Of a DNA stretch of 64,000 bases, positions 60,050-64,000 are shown in pieces. Where the stretch lies: the NCBI RefSeq assembly GCF_009914755.1, contig NC_060928.1; one strand, written 5' to 3'. The DNA comes from the human T2T-CHM13v2.0 reference genome, Homo sapiens. The notes beneath the pieces are model-generated. The model ran no database searches and was not told the origin of the DNA. It was given only the letters and a program-made list of their open reading frames with translations. A program made the position numbers and the translations under genes. Every line of letters begins with the position of its first letter. Position 1 is the stretch's first letter.

Positions 60050-61705
60050 TTAGTTTAGAAAGCAGGTCTACCCCCCAAGTTAATTCGTGTGTATCAACAA
60101 GCATATTCTGAAGTTTATATGGAAAGGCAAATAATCCAGAACAGCCAGCACAATATTGAAGGAGAAGAAAAATGTCAGAGGACTGACAGGACGTGACTTC
60201 AAAAAAGTAATCAAGACAGTATGGTACTGATTAAAGAATAGACTAACTGATCAATGGTATAGAATAGAGAGCCCAGAAATAGACCCACACAAATACTATC
60301 AACTGATCTTTGACAAGGTAGCAAAGGCAATTCAATGAAGAAAGGAGACCTTGCCACAAATAGTACTAGAATAACTAGAAATCCACATGTTAAAAAAAAA
60401 AAATCTAGATACAGAACTTATACCTTCTGCAAAAATTAACTGAAAATGGATCATAGATCTAGATGTGAAATGAAAACTATTAAACCCCTAGAAGATAGGA
60501 GAAAATCTAAGTGATCTTGGGTTTGGAGGGTGACTTTTTAGATAAACATCAAAACCATGATCCACGGAAAAAAATTATTAAAATGAAGCCTCGAGCTCTG
60601 CAAGACACTATTAAGGACATGAAAAGACAAGCCACAGATTGGGAGAAAAAAATTGCAAAATACATACTTGATATAAGACTGGTATACAAAATACATAAAG
60701 AACTCTTAAAACTCAACCACCAGAAAACAAATAACACAAGTAAAAAATGAGCACCAGATTTAATACACCTTACCAGAAGAAGATGTACAGATGGCAAATA
60801 AGCATATGAAAAGATGTGCAACCTCATATGTCTTCAGGGAATTGAAAATTAAAACAACAATGATACACTACTACATGCTGATTAGAATGACTAATGTCCA
60901 AAACTGACAACAGCAAATGCGGGTGAGGACGTGGAGCAACAAGGACTGTCATTAATTACTGATGGGAATGCAAAATACTACAGACACTTTAAAAGATATT
61001 TTGGTTATTTTTTTCAAAACTAAACATATTCTTACCACATGATCAGGAAACATGCTCCCTGGTATTTACCCACAGGAGCTGAAGACGTATGTCCACAAAA
61101 AACCTGCACATGGTTGCTTATAGCAGCTTTATTCATAATTGTTAAAACTTGGAAGCAACCAAAATGTCATTCAGTAGGTGAATGGATAAATAAACTGTGA
61201 TATATTCAGACAATGAAATATTATTCAGTGCTAAAAAGAAATGAGCTATCAAGCTATGTAAAGACATGAAGGAATCTTAAGTGTGTATTTCTAAGTGAAA
61301 GAAGCCAATCTAAAAAGGCTATATACTGTATGACTGCAACTATATGACATTCTGGAAAAGACTGTAGAGTCAATAAAATGATCAGTGATTACAAGGGCTT
61401 GGGAGAAGGGAGCAATGAATAGGTAGAACACAGAATTTTTAGGGCAGTGAAACTCCTCTGTAGTATAGTATATGGTGGATACATGTCATTATACATCTGT
61501 CAAAACCTACAGAATGTGCAACCCAAAGAGTTAACTGGAATGTAAACTTTAGTTAATAATAATGTTTCAATATTGTTTCATCAATGGTAACAAACATACC
61601 ACACTAAAAGGAAGAAACTGGGAGTGGAGAGAGGGTATGCGAGAACTCTCTACTTTCTACTCAAGTTTTCTGTAAACCCGAAATTATGCTAAAAAATAAA
61701 GCTGA
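60050..61705 (+). mobile_element. Older L1MC-type element (ORF2 remnant plus 3' UTR)
   Basis: Degenerate ORF2 (MKRQATDWEKKIAKYI...) and 3' UTR tttttagggcagtgaaact...tacatgtcattataca. Confidence 0.8.
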
Positions 61706-62326
61706 TTAATTTACAAAAGAAAAGCCAAAGAAAAGAATAACAAGCCTATCCTATCCCTGTCAGCCAGAACCAAAGTGCCTGGGAAGAGTGAAAATAAAAA
61801 ACAGCTCAAGCTGGAGCTTAAAACAATAACATACTTGGATCACACTCAAAGACAGGAAACAGTTTATAAGTCAATTAAAAGGAAAATGTCAAAAACACTA
61901 ATCAGCTTATATGGTAGACAGATTAAAAGTAGTGAACAGAAAAAGCAAAATCAGTATTGGGGAATAATAGCAAATAGCAAATTTCAACTTCTGGTGAGGC
62001 CAGTTGAATTGGTGACAGTACCAGACCTTTCAACTACCTATCCAGAGGAAAACTCTACATTTGAAAGCAACTAATGTGAAGAGGAAAAAAGGAAATATAA
62101 GTAATGTGTATGCTGTGTGTGTTGAGAGGTATAATCAGAAAATATCATTTGATGCACAGATATAGCTTATCAAGAGCAGAGAGTGGGCTTTAGAAGGCAA
62201 GGATACCTCAAAATTCCTCCATGTTAGTGAAAAGCATACCAGATGCTGTTTGTTTCCAATGGGAACAAAATATAATTTAACATATAAAATATTATCTTTT
62301 TAGTCTAACAAATCTATTCTTATTTC

Positions 62327-62502
62327 AAGTAATATGCTGGTAAATGGCTCTCTTAAAAACAAAAGAAAACAAAAGGCAGGGGAGAGGGTCCCAATTTGCA
62401 GCCTTTGCCAATATCCTTGGTATAAATATTCACACCCCAGAGGCTCTTAAGCCACTAATGGCTTAACGACTGGCTCGTAGGAATTAGATCCAGAACATCA
62501 CT
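62327..62502 (+). mobile_element. MER63-like hAT element
   Basis: agtaatatgctggtaaatggctctc...gtcccaatttgcagcctttgcc...cagaacatcact. Confidence 0.5.
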
Positions 62503-62799
62503 CCTAATTATAGCGCATTTATGATGAAGAAACTGACTCCAAATGAAAGCTACTGTCATGTGGGAGTGGCAGCACTGGAACACAAACTTGCATCCTGGTT
62601 GCTAAGAACTTTCCCATCAATAACTTTATTTCTTCCATAATTACCAAATGCGGATGGATCCTTCTCTCATTTAAAGGTCCAAATTCTTATCATACTGTTT
62701 GCTTAAAATAAATATTTCCCAAATCTAATATTTTGGTTATATCTTCTAATTCATTTGCATAAAAAGAGCAAAAAAGTTTCCCCATTTTGATTAACTACT

Positions 62800-63560
62800 T
62801 ACCTATATTTTAACTCTTTTTAAGTTCGCTTTATTTGTTCCATTTAAATTTGTCATCCAATTGTAACTTATTTGAGCTACTGATACGAAATAAAGATTTT
62901 ATCTTTTTTCCTCAATATTTAATCAATTCTCTTGGGTTCATTTACTGAAATTCTGTCACTGATTTTACTCACTATCATAAACTAAATCCATACTCAAATA
63001 TGCTTTTCTGGGCTTTCTATTATGCTCATTAAAAATCTGTGTTTGTGTTAGTACCAGACTTTTTATTGTTACAGCTGTATAACAGGTTTTATTATTTGTA
63101 GAGACAAATATTCCTATGTATTCACCATCTTCAGCTATTGTCACTCATACTTTCAAGCTTATGCATGCCTTCACAAACTTACTTGAAAAAAACTTGACAT
63201 CTTTATATTATAAAACCTCTTGTCTAGTATCTGACACACCTCCATTAACTCGTCTTCTTTTGTGTACCTAGAGAAAAAAATGTATACTTTCCTTCAGAGG
63301 AGAGATCTAATTCTTATTAATTCTATTCCCAAATACTTTATGTTTCTATTTTGTGCAAATGAAATCATTTTCCCTCACTATCCAGTTCAATGTTTTTGCT
63401 TCTGGTTCCATTTCGATGGACAGAAAAATTATTACTTCTGCTTGTTCTTTGGACAGCTGTCCCTAAAATGTTTATTTATCCTAAACTATTCTTATTGAAA
63501 AGAGTTTCTAAACATAGAAGTCCTATGACATCTTTGGCATATGTCCAATGTTTTTTACTT
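62800..63560 (-). mobile_element. Ancient L1M fragment, reverse
   Basis: T-rich degenerate antisense L1 ORF2 text. Confidence 0.45.
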
Positions 63561-64000
63561 GAAGTCTACTACAGAAATATCACTTATTATAAAGCTCAAG
63601 AAAAATGACCTATCATCCAAATAATCCATTATTCACTCAGCTATAGTTTCCTTGAGGTTATTATTTTCTTGTGCTTTTTTGGTAATCTTTGGGAGCTCAA
63701 CTAAGAAACTATTCTAAAAACCTAGAGATAATGAGGTATTTTAAAAATGTGCATGGACCTGGGAGCCAGAAGACAAGGGCTCCAGACTTGACTTGGCTAC
63801 TCATGATGGTTATAATCTTGGTCAAATTTAACCTCTTTTGCTTCCCTTCTAGCAAATGAACAAGCTGAATTATATTGCTACCATGAGTATGTGTAAGAAG
63901 CAACAAGAATGTTGTTTTCATTTTTGTTCTCCACTCTTCCCCTGATATAAATATTCACTGCCAGTGAAAAAGCTATTGTGGCTGACTTTTCTCCTCTAGC

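Noticed and set aside
59307-60827. ORFs resembling reverse-transcriptase-associated protein
   Set aside because: Broken C-terminal remnants of 5'-truncated L1 ORF2; no RT/EN domains, not active

Overview
Human/primate genomic DNA (AT-rich, Alu/L1/MER-dense) lying entirely inside one minus-strand gene that I recognise as FRYL (furry-like; Furry/Tao3/MOR2 family HEAT/ARM scaffold of NDR kinases). I traced 20 consecutive coding exons by hand, from the start-codon exon (ATG at 55314) to an exon that runs off the left edge. All introns are GT-AG with matching phases, giving 2462 nt (about 820 codons) of uninterrupted ORF starting [15 protein letters not shown]. The remainder is intron filled with Alus, L1 3' fragments, solo LTRs, Tigger/MER DNA transposons and simple repeats; nearly all ORF-track entries are repeat or chance ORFs. 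I found no new multi-gene system. The best leads are: a frame-preserving 45-nt cassette exon (19749-19793) with neural splicing motifs; a fully open reading frame across the 5' UTR part of the start exon (possible N-terminal extension); an 83-bp inverted duplication of a MER113-like end with a tandem duplication at its axis; and several inverted Alu pairs (editing/circRNA). Repeat family names come from recognition of consensus sequences from memory, and repeat boundaries are approximate.
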